43,411 nt of DNA from the IMG/VR virus record IMGVR_UViG_2541047907_000004, positions 1 to 43,411 of that record; one strand, given 5' to 3'. This document shows, piece after piece, positions 18,705-28,981 of the stretch (its first letter is position 1; every line of letters begins with the position of its first letter). The DNA is from a virus. Taxonomy: Duplodnaviria; Heunggongvirae; Uroviricota; Caudoviricetes. The notes beneath the pieces are model-generated. The model was not told where the DNA came from. It saw only the letters and a program-made list of their open reading frames with translations, and did not search any database. The position numbers and the translations under genes were made by a program.

Positions 18705-20831
18705 TTAACTCGGCATTAAGTCTGCCGGTGACTGTGGTGGTGACTGGAATTGCTGTTGTTGTGACTCGGCGACATCTTTCAGAAGGCGTATTGCCTCCAT
18801 CACTGCTTTGTCATCGATGTTTCTGGCTTGAGCCAGTTTATAGACAGTGTTTGCCTGACTCTCCATCGCACCCTGCTGGGCAGTAAATGCTTTGATTTGA
18901 GTTTGAGCAGTTTCGTTAGTTGCTTTTTGCGCTTCTGCCTGCGCTGCTACCATTTGCGCCTGAGCGAGAACCATTTCAGGATTTGGCTGGCTTTGTGCTG
19001 CCATTTGCGCCTGTTGAACAATCTGCTGCTCTTTCTCATTGCGTGGTTTTGCAATACCAGATATCAGCAGTTGGTTTCGGTTGTACTCTTTGAAGTCATC
19101 AAGGCCTTCGCCATCGATATTGTCCAGAATAATACCCTGAATTGCCGGGCGCATTGGGTCTGTTGGAAGCATAGAGCTAAGGACATTTGTCAGTACAGAA
19201 ACCGTTGCATCACGTCGTGCTGTGTAGCTTGGTCCAACATCAACCGTCACATCGTATCGACCGACAGAAAGGTCATTTAACGCAACAACAGCCCCTGTTT
19301 GCCTGTCAACAACCTGTGCGCTCAGGACAGCGATATCATCACTTCCATCTTCGTTAACGATGCGCACTTCACGTTCTGAACCGTACACTTCACGCGCCAT
19401 TGACAGCCATACTTCACCAGCGCGTTTAAGACTTTTCGCCATATTATCCAGATAGATAAACGAAGCCATATCTGCTCTGTTCATCAAGTTGTTAACCGTT
19501 TCCTGAGCAATATTACTTGGCATCTGCTGCATGGCCTGACTGCCGCCTGTAACCTCCTGAATATCAGCACTGGTTTGCTGTAGTAATGCAGCCAATGCCT
19601 GATTCATAACCGCAGGCTGTGTATATCCTGCCGGGGTAGCTCCAGCGATAATGTTGCCAGATTTATCTCTCACTTCGCGCAACGGCAAGAACGCTGGGCG
19701 TTTCTTGTTGCGAGCCTCCCAGTGCTTCTCAAGTCCACGAATTTGCTCCATGCCAACTATAGGGATCTGACCGGGGTCTTGCGCTGCAGTATCAGCCAGC
19801 ATTGAAACCTGAAGGTTGTACAAACGCTGTGGATCCATTGCTTTTGCAATGTGCCCTTCGACACGCTCAATGTCATCAATGAACCAGCGTTTTCCATAAA
19901 CCGGGATGAGGGGGATATGCTCACCAGGAATACGTCGAGGTTTCTCAAGGAAACCATCACCATCCACTACGGATACATACACACGACGGCGCTTCACTGA
20001 GCGCCTTGCCACTTCCTGAAATCCAGCTATTGCCAGTTCATCTTCAATATCTTCAACCTGATCACTGTCGTATGTTGCAATCTCTCCAGTGATTGGATGT
20101 CGATAACTGATGACGTCAACAGACTCTTTACGAACTTCGTAATACTTCGCTATGTAAATAACATCTGCACCAAACCAGTTATATTCCCAACTGGTCATAG
20201 ACGTTACATCCAGAGAAGTAGGAGGTTTCTTTCCGTATTCAGCCTCATATTTTTCAGGTGACAACGAATACATACAGAACGCCCACAACGCGTCAGATTT
20301 GTCGTACTTCTTAGCGTCAGGGTCAAACCACACAGAGCGCGACGGGTCGTATATTGGTTCAATAGCAATACGCTGACGATCGTCCATGGGGTCGTATTCA
20401 TTGACCAGCATCGACGTCAAACGGAAGCAACCGAAACCACCAGTAGCAGCGTCGTCAAATGCATTATCGCAAGCCTCACCGCCATCAGTTTCTTCGTAGT
20501 CAGCACGGAACAGACCATTTAATTTATTGGCTAACTCTTCGCTTGCCTCTCTGTCACCAGGACGAAACTTAACAGTGATTCTGTTATTGCGGTATTCTGC
20601 AATGATGCGGTTAAGTTCAGTTGCTACCTTATTGATTTCAAACTTAGGATACTTCTCTAACTGCTCATCAAGCTTAGTTCCAGCCGCCGTTGCTCCTTCC
20701 CATTGACCTCCGGGGACACGAGCAAACCTCGTAGCTTCAATGCACTTTTCGCGCACTTCCTTCTGTGGAGAATAGGCGCGGTCAAACCTGAGCATGATCC
20801 GCTCATGTTTTTTCTCTAATGTCTCTGCCAT
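18705..20831 (-). CDS. Portal protein (P22 gp1 / Sf6 gp3-like)
   Basis: 708 aa from ATG 20831, which sits 2 nt after the terminase stop; the longest ORF extends to 20903; long C-terminal helical Q/A-rich tail typical of P22-like portals. Confidence 0.85.
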   Translation of the reverse strand: MAETLEKKHERIMLRFDRAYSPQKEVREKCIEATRFARVPGGQWEGATAAGTKLDEQLEKYPKFEINKVATELNRIIAEYRNNRITVKFRPGDREASEELANKLNGLFRADYEETDGGEACDNAFDDAATGGFGCFRLTSMLVNEYDPMDDRQRIAIEPIYDPSRSVWFDPDAKKYDKSDALWAFCMYSLSPEKYEAEYGKKPPTSLDVTSMTSWEYNWFGADVIYIAKYYEVRKESVDVISYRHPITGEIATYDSDQVEDIEDELAIAGFQEVARRSVKRRRVYVSVVDGDGFLEKPRRIPGEHIPLIPVYGKRWFIDDIERVEGHIAKAMDPQRLYNLQVSMLADTAAQDPGQIPIVGMEQIRGLEKHWEARNKKRPAFLPLREVRDKSGNIIAGATPAGYTQPAVMNQALAALLQQTSADIQEVTGGSQAMQQMPSNIAQETVNNLMNRADMASFIYLDNMAKSLKRAGEVWLSMAREVYGSEREVRIVNEDGSDDIAVLSAQVVDRQTGAVVALNDLSVGRYDVTVDVGPSYTARRDATVSVLTNVLSSMLPTDPMRPAIQGIILDNIDGEGLDDFKEYNRNQLLISGIAKPRNEKEQQIVQQAQMAAQSQPNPEMVLAQAQMVAAQAEAQKATNETAQTQIKAFTAQQGAMESQANTVYKLAQARNIDDKAVMEAIRLLKDVAESQQQQFQSPPQSPADLMPS

Positions 20832-20833
20832 GT

Positions 20834-22246
20834 TTACCAACCGGAGGATGAGGGAACGTATATTTCTGTTTCTTCGCGGACCAATGCCGGGCAATGCATA
20901 CACATCATCAGCGCATCAGCCAGGTTAGGAGATGGAATACCGAGCTTCTGCTTCATTTCGACCTTAGTCATTAGCTCCAGCTTCCCGTTGTTATTGAATT
21001 TGCGCTGAATCTGCGTCAGTTCTGCAAACAGCTTCTCCAGCATCTTCTCGCCTATCGCTTCTTTGTCGAAACTCAGCATGTCGTCGGGGTCTGCATACTC
21101 ACCGTGGACAACCGCCCGATATGTCAGATACAGCCTGTCAGCCAGCGCGTAATAGAATTGCGCTCGCTTATTGCGGAATACATCGCCAATAGTGCGAACG
21201 TTGTCGCCATGTACGACTTCATCAGCCCATGCTCCGGCCTGATAAGGCGCATCTTCATCGAATGGCGATTCGCTGCCCTTAAACATCGTGGCGGTGATTT
21301 TCTTGCCGGAGAACGCTTCCGTTGTCTGTCTGCGTAGCCCCGCACCAACACCATCGCCATCCCACAAGTAGTGGTCAGCGCCGTCTTCAATCGCCAGCGA
21401 AGTAGCCCAGTCAGCACCCTCGTTGATGTCCATCAGCAGACCTTCAGCAATGCGCTTAACTACCGAACCGTGACGCGATGCATAACCTTTAGCATCCGGC
21501 CCTGTATCTGACGGGTCATGCGCAGAGACAACAGCGCCTTTCGCTTTCCATCCGAGTTTCTTGTGCGCATCGGTTGCAGCTTCAAGCCATTCTCGTTTGA
21601 TGATTGCCATATCACTTGCGCTTACTGGCTCACCAAGCCAGATGTGACGATACAGTGTCGGATTTCTGCGTTTACACTCTTCCATCTCCAGACGGAGAAC
21701 TTCAGGAAAGTGCGGGTTGTCGGTGTAGTTCACCGTCAGCAGACAAATATCATCAGGAGGATTTACGACGAATCGCTGATAGGTATCGTCGAGGATGTTT
21801 TTCGGGTTGAAGCTCACCCATATTTCGGAAAACGGCTTGCGGATGGTTGGTATCAGGATATCCCATGATTCCTTCGTCACCGCTTCCGCTTCTTCCACCC
21901 AGCAGATATCAATGCCTTCGAGCGATTTAATCTTCGTCGGGTTGTTTTTTATGCCGTAGAACATGAATTCAGCATTCGTTCCGAGATGACGAATCATGGA
22001 ACGCTGAATTTCAAACTCAGCCGAATACCCTTCCCGCTCGATGGTGTCTTCAAGCAACCGGATTACCGAATCGCTGATACTGTTTTGCAGTTCACGAGCG
22101 CAAAGAATACGCACAGGCTGCCGACGTGCCGCCTCAACAAGCAGCCTCGCAATTGCCCATGATTTACCGCTACCTCGACCGCCTTTGGCGACTTTGTAGC
22201 GATGCGCCTCAATGAACGGTTCAAAGACAGGATTAATCGAGGTCAT
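20834..22246 (-). CDS. Terminase large subunit (Sf6 gp2-like)
   Basis: 470 aa; Walker A KGGRGSGKS near the N-terminus; nuclease-type C-terminal domain; overlaps the small subunit gene by 4 nt. Confidence 0.9.
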   Translation of the reverse strand: MTSINPVFEPFIEAHRYKVAKGGRGSGKSWAIARLLVEAARRQPVRILCARELQNSISDSVIRLLEDTIEREGYSAEFEIQRSMIRHLGTNAEFMFYGIKNNPTKIKSLEGIDICWVEEAEAVTKESWDILIPTIRKPFSEIWVSFNPKNILDDTYQRFVVNPPDDICLLTVNYTDNPHFPEVLRLEMEECKRRNPTLYRHIWLGEPVSASDMAIIKREWLEAATDAHKKLGWKAKGAVVSAHDPSDTGPDAKGYASRHGSVVKRIAEGLLMDINEGADWATSLAIEDGADHYLWDGDGVGAGLRRQTTEAFSGKKITATMFKGSESPFDEDAPYQAGAWADEVVHGDNVRTIGDVFRNKRAQFYYALADRLYLTYRAVVHGEYADPDDMLSFDKEAIGEKMLEKLFAELTQIQRKFNNNGKLELMTKVEMKQKLGIPSPNLADALMMCMHCPALVREETEIYVPSSSGW

Positions 22247-22683
22247 TTTCCGAATAGAGTGCTCATCGGTGATGTTTCAATCTGAATTGCGCCGCCGTCT
22301 TTGCCTGTTAGTTCGTGATCAACCTTGTCGCGCCATTTATCCTTCTGTCGATTCTTAAGCCAGAAGATGGCAGCGGTTGTATCAGGCGGGTAATACTTCT
22401 CAAGCGGAGTTTCGACAATTCTGTTTTCAATAACACGAATATCGATGTCTGGAGCCACGAAGCCCATAGCGCGTTGATAAAGACGGTCACTAACTTCTGC
22501 ATCAGCGACGGCCTTACCCTTTTTTATGGACTCCGAAAACTCAGGATAATCAAGCTTCCACTTGTTAATAGTTGACTCACTGACTTCGAAGAAATCAGCA
22601 AGCTCTGCATCGGTGTAGCCCAGCAAGCACAGTTTGCGTGCCTGTTCGGCGTACGCCTCTTGATACTTTGTTGGGCGCGCCAT
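22243..22683 (-). CDS. Terminase small subunit
   Basis: 146 aa directly upstream of and overlapping the large subunit gene; N-terminal helix-turn-helix-like region. Confidence 0.75.
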   Translation of the reverse strand: MARPTKYQEAYAEQARKLCLLGYTDAELADFFEVSESTINKWKLDYPEFSESIKKGKAVADAEVSDRLYQRAMGFVAPDIDIRVIENRIVETPLEKYYPPDTTAAIFWLKNRQKDKWRDKVDHELTGKDGGAIQIETSPMSTLFGK

Positions 22684-22685
22684 GT

Positions 22686-22928
22686 TTATGCTCCGGTGGT
22701 GAACAGGTCTAACGCTTCCTTCGATTTACGCACCGCTTCGATTGTGCGGGTCGTGATATCCGAATTAGCGCCGCCTGACTGGAAGTGAATTTTGAATAGC
22801 TCAAGCTTCAGCTCGTCAGTGCCAATGAATTGAAATGCTTCTTCTGCGGCTGCGTTCTGGTTCATGACCAGCTTGTAAATCTCTAACTGGAATTTCTGTT
22901 CTTCAGTCATGGGAATAATCTCTGCCAT
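22686..22928 (-). CDS. Hypothetical protein (80 aa) upstream of terminase
   Basis: ORF with compact spacing to the small terminase gene. Confidence 0.4.
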   Translation of the reverse strand: MAEIIPMTEEQKFQLEIYKLVMNQNAAAEEAFQFIGTDELKLELFKIHFQSGGANSDITTRTIEAVRKSKEALDLFTTGA

Positions 22929-23156
22929 TGTTGGCTCCGTTTATCCGTTAAAAGGGATATCAGTTAAGTTATCCCGTGTAGGGTATAAGCCATTGTCGAG
23001 ACCACTCATTGAATGGCCTCTGCAATAACCGATGTCTTTCCATCAGTCCGCCACCACAAAGAATCTTTTTTGCCATAAGGCAGGAGGTTCATCTTTCAGT
23101 GGCTGCCAGTGTTATTTTCCCCACTTACTGGCTTGGGTTGTTTCGCTGTACTGCCG

Positions 23157-23699
23157 TTAATTGGTGAGTCCGGGGATTACGGTTTGCCCGTGCTGTTCAA
23201 GGCGTTCAATTCTGGCCAGCAGCTGTGGCTTCTTAATTTTTCCCCAGCGATTAAGCAGGCGACCTGACATGCTGGCAACATCCTTCTCTTTCATGTACTC
23301 CAGCATTACGGCATTTCTCTCTTCTTCAAATTGACGATGACCAACCTGAAGCATGGCGTACATCCAGTTGAATGCGTTGATGTAAGCAATTTTGATACGC
23401 ATTGCTTCTTTTTTGGTGTAGGACATAACCAAAAGCATCAACCCATCCTTACGTAGCCGATAGAATTTTTGTGGCTTACCATTCTGTAACTCATTGTTTT
23501 TATAGCAAACCTCAAAATTGAGTTTTGTATCAAACTCTTCAGGACAAGCAGCGATAGTTCTTTCTACATCACGCACAACGTTGTCATGTCGCTTACGAAA
23601 TGCTTTCGCCACCATAAATGAATCGGTGACAGGGTCATTGTTGGTAATAAAAACCAGTTCTTTGAAATCAATGCCGTCAACGATAGTTGGATAATTCAT
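23157..23699 (-). CDS. Rha-family phage regulatory protein
   Basis: 180 aa; N-terminal block ELVFITNNDPVTDSFMVAKAFRKRHDNVVRDVE matches the Rha family signature as I recall it. Confidence 0.65.
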   Translation of the reverse strand: MNYPTIVDGIDFKELVFITNNDPVTDSFMVAKAFRKRHDNVVRDVERTIAACPEEFDTKLNFEVCYKNNELQNGKPQKFYRLRKDGLMLLVMSYTKKEAMRIKIAYINAFNWMYAMLQVGHRQFEEERNAVMLEYMKEKDVASMSGRLLNRWGKIKKPQLLARIERLEQHGQTVIPGLTN

Positions 23700-23845
23700 C
23701 GGTAATTACCTTTTAGTGATGAACCTTGTCACACAGGATTCCGGCCCACAGAAAGGCACCGATAACCAAACCGGCATCCTCAAGGGTCATCCTGAAAGGT
23801 TCTGTGTTCATAAGTCGCGCGTGTGAAGCGCGTTTACTGCGGACA

Positions 23846-23870
23846 TAAAAAAGCCCCGCATCGCGAGGCT
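23846..23870 (-). terminator. Possible intrinsic terminator downstream of the spanin genes
   Basis: Imperfect hairpin gccccgc-atc-gcgaggc followed (on minus strand) by a T-run. Confidence 0.35.
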
Positions 23871-23901
23871 CATTAAATGGACTTTGTGATTTGCAAAAAA
23901 A

Positions 23902-24339
23902 TTATTTCAGGCACTGAGTCCTGATGTACTCCTGCAGGTAGTTAACCTGCGCGGTTATCTTGTCGATTCCACTTCGGAGACGGTAATAATTGAGTTCAGC
24001 ATCTGCTGTAAGTCCTGGGCTTTCTCCATCGCCCATGCCGCCGGCTCCGGTCGTTGACTTTGCACAGGTGGCGGCGACTTGCAGGCGCTTACGCCCAGCA
24101 GAAACATCAGCACGGAGACTTTCGATAGTCGCGTTAGCATCAGCAAGCTCCTTTGTGTATCTGGCGTCAAGTTCTGCTACATCACGTTGACGCTTCTGCA
24201 TGTCAGCGATGATGGATGCGGCCTTATCGCGCTGCTCTTTGTAGGCGATGGCGTTATCACGGTAATGATTAACAGCCCATGACAGGCAGACGATGATGCA
24301 GATAACCAGAGCGGAGATAATCGCGGTTAACCGACTCAT
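23902..24339 (-). CDS. Rz: Spanin, inner membrane subunit (Rz)
   Basis: From [34 protein letters not shown]..., close to remembered lambda Rz; N-terminal TM plus coiled coil. Confidence 0.8.
   Translation of the reverse strand: MSRLTAIISALVICIIVCLSWAVNHYRDNAIAYKEQRDKAASIIADMQKRQRDVAELDARYTKELADANATIESLRADVSAGRKRLQVAATCAKSTTGAGGMGDGESPGLTADAELNYYRLRSGIDKITAQVNYLQEYIRTQCLK
23955..24140 (-). CDS. Rz1: Spanin, outer membrane lipoprotein subunit (Rz1), embedded in Rz in the +1 frame
   Basis: Lipobox LGVSAC after a signal peptide, proline-rich mature part; entirely nested inside Rz as in lambda. Confidence 0.7.
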   Translation of the reverse strand: MLTRLSKVSVLMFLLGVSACKSPPPVQSQRPEPAAWAMEKAQDLQQMLNSIITVSEVESTR

Positions 24340-24427
24340 GACATCAACACCCCAACGGCCAGAAACCACGGCCACGCATCGTTGCCATTAAATGCGAGCA
24401 ACGCTGCCATGAAAAAGCAAATCATGC

Positions 24428-24931
24428 TCATTGCTGCCCCCACAAACAGACTTCACGCTCAATCTCACGACGAGTCATCAGCCCTTTCCATTGCTTACCT
24501 CCAGCGTATGTCCAGCGACGTAGCTGGTCACATGCACCTTTGATATCGCCCTGGTTTATTTTGCGAAGAAGCGTCGATGTTCTGAAATTGCCTGCACCCA
24601 CGTTGTAGACGAACGAGTAAAGAGCGCCGCGCGTTGTTTCCGGTATATCGACTTTGATGTACGGGTTAATTTGTCTGGCGACAGTGGCAAGGTCTTTATT
24701 CAGGAGGGCTTTGCACTCTGCTTCGGTATACGCTTTACCGAGCATGATGTCTTTTCCGGTGTGTCCGTGACATACAGTCCATACACCAACAATATCTTTG
24801 TATGGTATGTAGCTGACACCTTCCAGGCCATCGTTACCACTTGGTCCAGTGATTAACACAGATGCTATAGCAATAGCCCCGCCACTTATCGCCGCTATTA
24901 CGCTATTTCGTAGTGCCGGTGACATTGCCAT
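24428..24931 (-). CDS. SAR endolysin (phage 21 R-like lysozyme)
   Basis: 167 aa; N-terminal signal-anchor-release segment [24 protein letters not shown] followed by a lysozyme domain; strongly resembles remembered phage 21 endolysin. Confidence 0.85.
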   Translation of the reverse strand: MAMSPALRNSVIAAISGGAIAIASVLITGPSGNDGLEGVSYIPYKDIVGVWTVCHGHTGKDIMLGKAYTEAECKALLNKDLATVARQINPYIKVDIPETTRGALYSFVYNVGAGNFRTSTLLRKINQGDIKGACDQLRRWTYAGGKQWKGLMTRREIEREVCLWGQQ

Positions 24932-25106
24932 TCAATCTGTCCTCGCGCTCTTTGCGCTTGTAGTACCAGTTGATGCCAAATGTGCCGACAGTACAAAGAA
25001 TACCAATGATGACAGCCCAGTCATTCAGGGAGAGAATGCCACCCATCGCAGTCAGTCCTCCGAAACTGTAACTGAACCATTCTCTGATTTTGTCCATACG
25101 GTACAT
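24903..25106 (-). CDS. Holin (pinholin-type) with dual-start motif
   Basis: 67 aa, starts MYRMDK (Met1 and Met4, holin/antiholin-like arrangement), two TM segments, charged C-terminus; immediately upstream of the SAR endolysin gene. Confidence 0.7.
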   Translation of the reverse strand: MYRMDKIREWFSYSFGGLTAMGGILSLNDWAVIIGILCTVGTFGINWYYKRKEREDRLNGNVTGTTK

Positions 25107-25704
25107 GCTCTACCCCTTCATTGAGGGGATTTGCTCTATTTAATTAGGAATAAGGTCGATTACTGATAGAACAAATCCAGGCTACTGTGTTTAGTAATCA
25201 GATTTGTTCGTGACCGATATGCACGGGCAAAACGGCATGAGGTTGTTAGCGCAACCTCCTGCCACCCACTTTCACGAAGGTCATGTGTAGAAAGCCGCAG
25301 CATAACTATCACTGATGAATTCAGGATAGCCAGTGGCTACGGCCCAGTTTGGGTTGTGGCGGTCGGTGCTGAACTCCGACTTAATGACGATAGGCGTGTA
25401 CCGACGCCTCGTTTTACTTCCTCCGCTTTCACGGCTTCACCCTAGACCAGCTTTACGAAATCCTCGTAAACCTAACCGCGGCAGATATGACCGGCACGGT
25501 GTGCCATATCACGGACCGGCGGGTGTCTCGTTCACCTGATTAACGCATCAGCCTGCGTATTCACCACAACGATAAGAGCACTGCGCGGCACCTTTCACCA
25601 ATTCCGCGAGGTCTGCGGGTTCAATGCCCTTACCTGTTGTGCAAACAAAAAAGCCACCGTTGCAACTTAAGAGTCACTAACGGCAGCTTACCCTCTAATT
25701 ATGG
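25107..25704 (-). promoter_or_regulatory. Late regulatory region between Q and the lysis genes (expected pR', qut and late leader)
   Basis: 598 bp without a convincing ORF, between the Q-like gene and the holin; the site of the Q-dependent late promoter in lambdoid phages. Confidence 0.35.
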
Positions 25705-26223
25705 CTAAATGGCTAATTGCATGTCAAGGTTTTTAACAGCAACATGCTTAACTTTCTCAACACGTTTACGCATTTTGAAAGCATTTTGCATTGGTTGGTA
25801 CAAAACAAATAATGACGCTTTCAGGATGTCGTCAATTTCGTTTCTACAGGTTGCCAGTGAAGGTTTTCTCCATCCCTCGCCACCACGTCCACACATCTTG
25901 CGTGGCTTTGCAGTCGCGTGATAGTAGGATGCAATTGCTCGCTTAGATGAACCATGAGCGTAGTAGCTGAGGAGGATGCCAAAGGCTTTTTTGTCAATGT
26001 ACATGACGGAATCGACGACCTGAGAAATCAACATTCCATCATCATCATTGCACATTGGCCTTGTCATAACTCTTCCCGGCTCTACGCTCTCCATGAACTT
26101 CGCTATTACGCTGCTCATGCGCTTTTCCAGACGACCTGAATAAACCCATGCGCCCCACAGTTCAAGCCAGCCATTCAGCCACTCGAGCTGCTCTTTGGTG
26201 AGGTTTAGTTCTCTTATGCCCAC
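25705..26223 (-). CDS. Late gene antiterminator Q (Q82/QuuD-type)
   Basis: 172 aa; block [11 protein letters not shown]...[18 protein letters not shown]...LLSYYAHG resembles remembered DLP12 QuuD; GTG start overlapping the ninI end; located just upstream of the late region. Confidence 0.6.
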   Translation of the reverse strand: MGIRELNLTKEQLEWLNGWLELWGAWVYSGRLEKRMSSVIAKFMESVEPGRVMTRPMCNDDDGMLISQVVDSVMYIDKKAFGILLSYYAHGSSKRAIASYYHATAKPRKMCGRGGEGWRKPSLATCRNEIDDILKASLFVLYQPMQNAFKMRKRVEKVKHVAVKNLDMQLAI

Positions 26224-26744
26224 GCGCCTTCTCCCTGTACCTGAATCAATGTGAGGTTTCCGCAGAACACTGCGCCGGTATCGATATACATCTGGTTGGA
26301 AAACTTGAGTGGTTTCACTGCTGGCGTATGACCAAAGATGAACGTGTCCGCGCCTTTGATTTCTTTCACGATCCCGTCTTGTGAGTTGCTGATTCGTTCG
26401 CGGTTCCAGATTACCTGCTGATGATCAACTGGCTTTCCAAACTCGTATTCGTCATAAGGATAATCGGCGTGGCAGATGACATATTTTTTATCTTTGCTCA
26501 CCAGTTCGATGATTAACGGAAGTTCATCTGCTTTATGGGCAAGAGCTTTAGCCAGAATTTCTTTGTCGTAATCGAGATTAAAGAACCAGCCACCGCCATT
26601 AAGCATCCAGTGATTGACGTTTCCGCGCTCTGATAAGCCATCAATCATCATTTGCTCATGGTTTCCACGTACAGCTCTGAACCAGGGGAATGAACCGCCC
26701 CGGGAATCCTGGAGACTAAACTTCCTGAGAAAGAGGTAAACAGG

Positions 26745-27071
26745 ATGACTAAAAATACTCGTTTTTCCCCCGAAGTCCGTCAACGGGCAGTCCGTATGGT
26801 TCTGGAAAGTCAGAGCGAATATGACTCACAATGGGCGACAATTTGTTCCATTGCTCCAAAGATTGGCTGTACGCCGGAGACTCTGCGTGTCTGGGTTCGC
26901 CAGCATGAGCGGGATACCGGGGGCGGTGATGGAGGGCTCACCACCGCTGAACGTCAGCGTCTGAAAGAGCTGGAACGTGAAAATCGTGAACTGCGCCGCA
27001 GTAACGATATCCTTCGCCAGGCTTCCGCTTATTTTGCGAAGGCGGAGTTCGACCGCCTCTGGAAAAAATGA
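26745..27071 (+). CDS. IS3-family transposase OrfA (HTH DNA-binding)
   Basis: 108 aa [22 protein letters not shown]... with a leucine-zipper-like C-terminus. Confidence 0.9.
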   Translation: MTKNTRFSPEVRQRAVRMVLESQSEYDSQWATICSIAPKIGCTPETLRVWVRQHERDTGGGDGGLTTAERQRLKELERENRELRRSNDILRQASAYFAKAEFDRLWKK

Positions 27072-27958
27072 TGCCACTGCTGGATAAGCTGCGTGAGCAG
27101 TACGGGGTCGGACCGCTATGCAGCGAACTGCATATTGCCCCGTCAACGTATTACCACTGTCAGCAACAGCGACATCATCCGGATAAACGCAGTGCCCGTG
27201 CGCAGCGCGATGACTGGCTGAAGAAAGAGATACAGCGCGTATACGATGAAAATCACAAGGTATACGGTGTGCGTAAAGTCTGGCGTCAGTTGTTACGGGA
27301 AGGTATCAGAGTGGCCAGATGCACTGTGGCACGTCTCATGGCGGTTATGGGACTTGCCGGTGTTCTCCGGGGTAAAAAGGTCCGTACGACCATCAGCCGG
27401 AAAGCCGTTGCCGCAGGCGACCGCGTAAACCGTCAGTTCGTGGCAGAACGACCTGACCAGCTGTGGGTGGCTGATTTTACTTACGTCAGCACATGGCGGG
27501 GCTTCGTCTATGTGGCGTTCATCATTGATGTGTTTGCCGGATACATCGTGGGGTGGCGGGTCTCATCGTCCATGGAAACGACATTCGTGCTGGATGCACT
27601 GGAGCAGGCGTTATGGGCCCGTCGACCGTCCGGCACGGTCCATCACAGTGATAAAGGTTCTCAGTATGTATCGCTGGCCTACACACAGCGGCTTAAGGAA
27701 GCCGGATTACTGGCATCAACAGGAAGTACAGGCGACTCGTATGACAACGCGATGGCGGAGAGCATCAATGGTCTTTACAAAGCGGAGGTAATACACCGTA
27801 AGAGCTGGAAAAACCGTGCAGAAGTGGAACTGGCCACACTCACGTGGGTGGACTGGTATAACAATCGACGATTGCTGGAAAGGCTGGGCCATACTCCTCC
27901 GGCAGAAGCAGAAAAAGCTTATTATGCTTCCATCGGAAACGATGATCTGGCAGCCTGA
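27068..27958 (+). CDS. IS3-family transposase OrfB (DDE catalytic domain)
   Basis: 296 aa; overlaps OrfA in the -1 frame across an A6 run (27063-27068), consistent with programmed frameshifting to an OrfAB fusion. Confidence 0.9.
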   Translation: MMPLLDKLREQYGVGPLCSELHIAPSTYYHCQQQRHHPDKRSARAQRDDWLKKEIQRVYDENHKVYGVRKVWRQLLREGIRVARCTVARLMAVMGLAGVLRGKKVRTTISRKAVAAGDRVNRQFVAERPDQLWVADFTYVSTWRGFVYVAFIIDVFAGYIVGWRVSSSMETTFVLDALEQALWARRPSGTVHHSDKGSQYVSLAYTQRLKEAGLLASTGSTGDSYDNAMAESINGLYKAEVIHRKSWKNRAEVELATLTWVDWYNNRRLLERLGHTPPAEAEKAYYASIGNDDLAA

Positions 27959-28175
27959 GTTCACAGATAAAACACTCTCCAGGAAACCCGGGGCGGTTCA
28001 GAATGTGATTAATTCCAGGCATTCAACGTTCTCTGCACCACGATCAACCAAATCGCCCACCGAGATAAGCAGGTCTTTTTCGTTGTCGAATCCAATCGTA
28101 TCCAGTTTGTTCATCAGGTTCGTGTAGCATCCGTGCAGATCGGCAACTACCCAAATATTTCGGTATTTGCTGCCA

Positions 28176-28382
28176 TCAATTCTTTCGTAATAGCGCATCT
28201 CTTTCACTCCATCCGCGATGAACCATGAGAACGTCGTTGACGATGGCGTGCATTTTCCCGTCTTTATCATCAACGTATTTTCTGACCGTACCGCGACTAC
28301 ATTTCAGTCTGCGTGCTACTTCTGTCTGGTTTCCGTATGCCTCAACGAGCATGTCTGGAATGGTTTTTACTGAGAACGTCAT
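28176..28382 (-). CDS. ninH: NinH
   Basis: 68 aa [37 protein letters not shown]..., matching remembered lambda NinH. Confidence 0.85.
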   Translation of the reverse strand: MTFSVKTIPDMLVEAYGNQTEVARRLKCSRGTVRKYVDDKDGKMHAIVNDVLMVHRGWSERDALLRKN

Positions 28383-28981
28383 GCGGCCTCACTTCTGCTA
28401 TTTCGCAGGTCTTTGAGTTTCTGTTGGTACTCTGCCTTGATCGCCTTGCACTCTTCGATAGTCCAGCGATGGCGGTTATGGTTTGATTCGATTTCGTCTA
28501 CTGCTTCCTGCCCGATTCGGTTAATCAGTTCGACGCGATACGGAACGAGATTTCCGCTTTTATGCTGGTTGCACACCACGCATTGCTTGTGAATATTGCG
28601 TTCATCAAATCGGAGTTGAGGTGCCGCAGAAGTTGTCCGGTAATGTCCGGCATCCCACTGAGCAGACGTGAGCGTTCCGCACGAGATACATGGTAAGTCG
28701 CGGTCTCTTTCTCTGATGAAGGCGTTTACGGCTTGTTGGGCTTGTTTAATCCAGTAACTGCGGGGCTTTAAGGCGAGTTTTCGAATCTTAAGTTTATCTT
28801 TCTGTTTCTGCTCCTCTCGTCGCCGTTTCTTCTCTGCTGCTTTTTCCGCTTTTTCGCGTTCTTTGCTTCGTCGTTCGAGTGCTATCTTTGTTCCACAAAT
28901 CTCATTACACCAATATTGATTTTGATATTTTGGTATAAACCATTCATTGCAACATTTACATTTCCTTCGATAGATTCGCAT
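28379..28981 (-). CDS. ninG: NinG (Rap-like recombination protein), starting at a downstream ATG with its own RBS
   Basis: From [15 protein letters not shown]... the C-terminal ~165 aa ([15 protein letters not shown]... onward) match remembered lambda NinG; AAAGGAG RBS 5 nt upstream of the ATG. Confidence 0.8.
   Translation of the reverse strand: MRIYRRKCKCCNEWFIPKYQNQYWCNEICGTKIALERRSKEREKAEKAAEKKRRREEQKQKDKLKIRKLALKPRSYWIKQAQQAVNAFIRERDRDLPCISCGTLTSAQWDAGHYRTTSAAPQLRFDERNIHKQCVVCNQHKSGNLVPYRVELINRIGQEAVDEIESNHNRHRWTIEECKAIKAEYQQKLKDLRNSRSEAA

Larger units (their letters stand above)
26691..28000 (+). mobile_element. IS3-family insertion sequence, 1310 bp, consistent with IS629
   Basis: Terminal inverted repeats TGAACCGCCCCGGG... 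at both ends; 3-bp target duplication GAA (26688-26690 and 28001-28003); two overlapping transposase ORFs. Confidence 0.9.
26214..28198 (-). pseudogene. ninI-like Ser/Thr protein phosphatase (lambda PPase homologue) disrupted by the IS3-family insertion
   Basis: N-terminal fragment [33 protein letters not shown]...LELITF (28198 down to 28001) and C-terminal fragment [18 protein letters not shown]... (26690 down to 26214) flank the IS, joined at a duplicated Phe codon. Confidence 0.85.

Noticed and set aside
8908-25106. Plus-strand ORFs of 60-158 codons inside the late gene cluster (for example 9299-9583, 10519-10995, 11164-11430, 13244-13621, 18828-19280, 21518-21868)
   Set aside because: All lie antisense to long, well-supported minus-strand structural genes, lack ribosome-binding sites and have skewed composition; judged to be chance open frames.
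25320-25560. Possible tRNA or rRNA-like fragment in the Q-to-holin gap
   Set aside because: No cloverleaf could be built and no conserved T-loop (GTTCRANYC) or anticodon-arm features were found on either strand by eye; left as unassigned non-coding DNA.
26691-26783. N-terminal 31 residues of ORF 26214-26783 as a real extension of the phosphatase
   Set aside because: These codons are read-through into the IS left end; the true phosphatase N-terminus lies on the other side of the IS (28001-28198).
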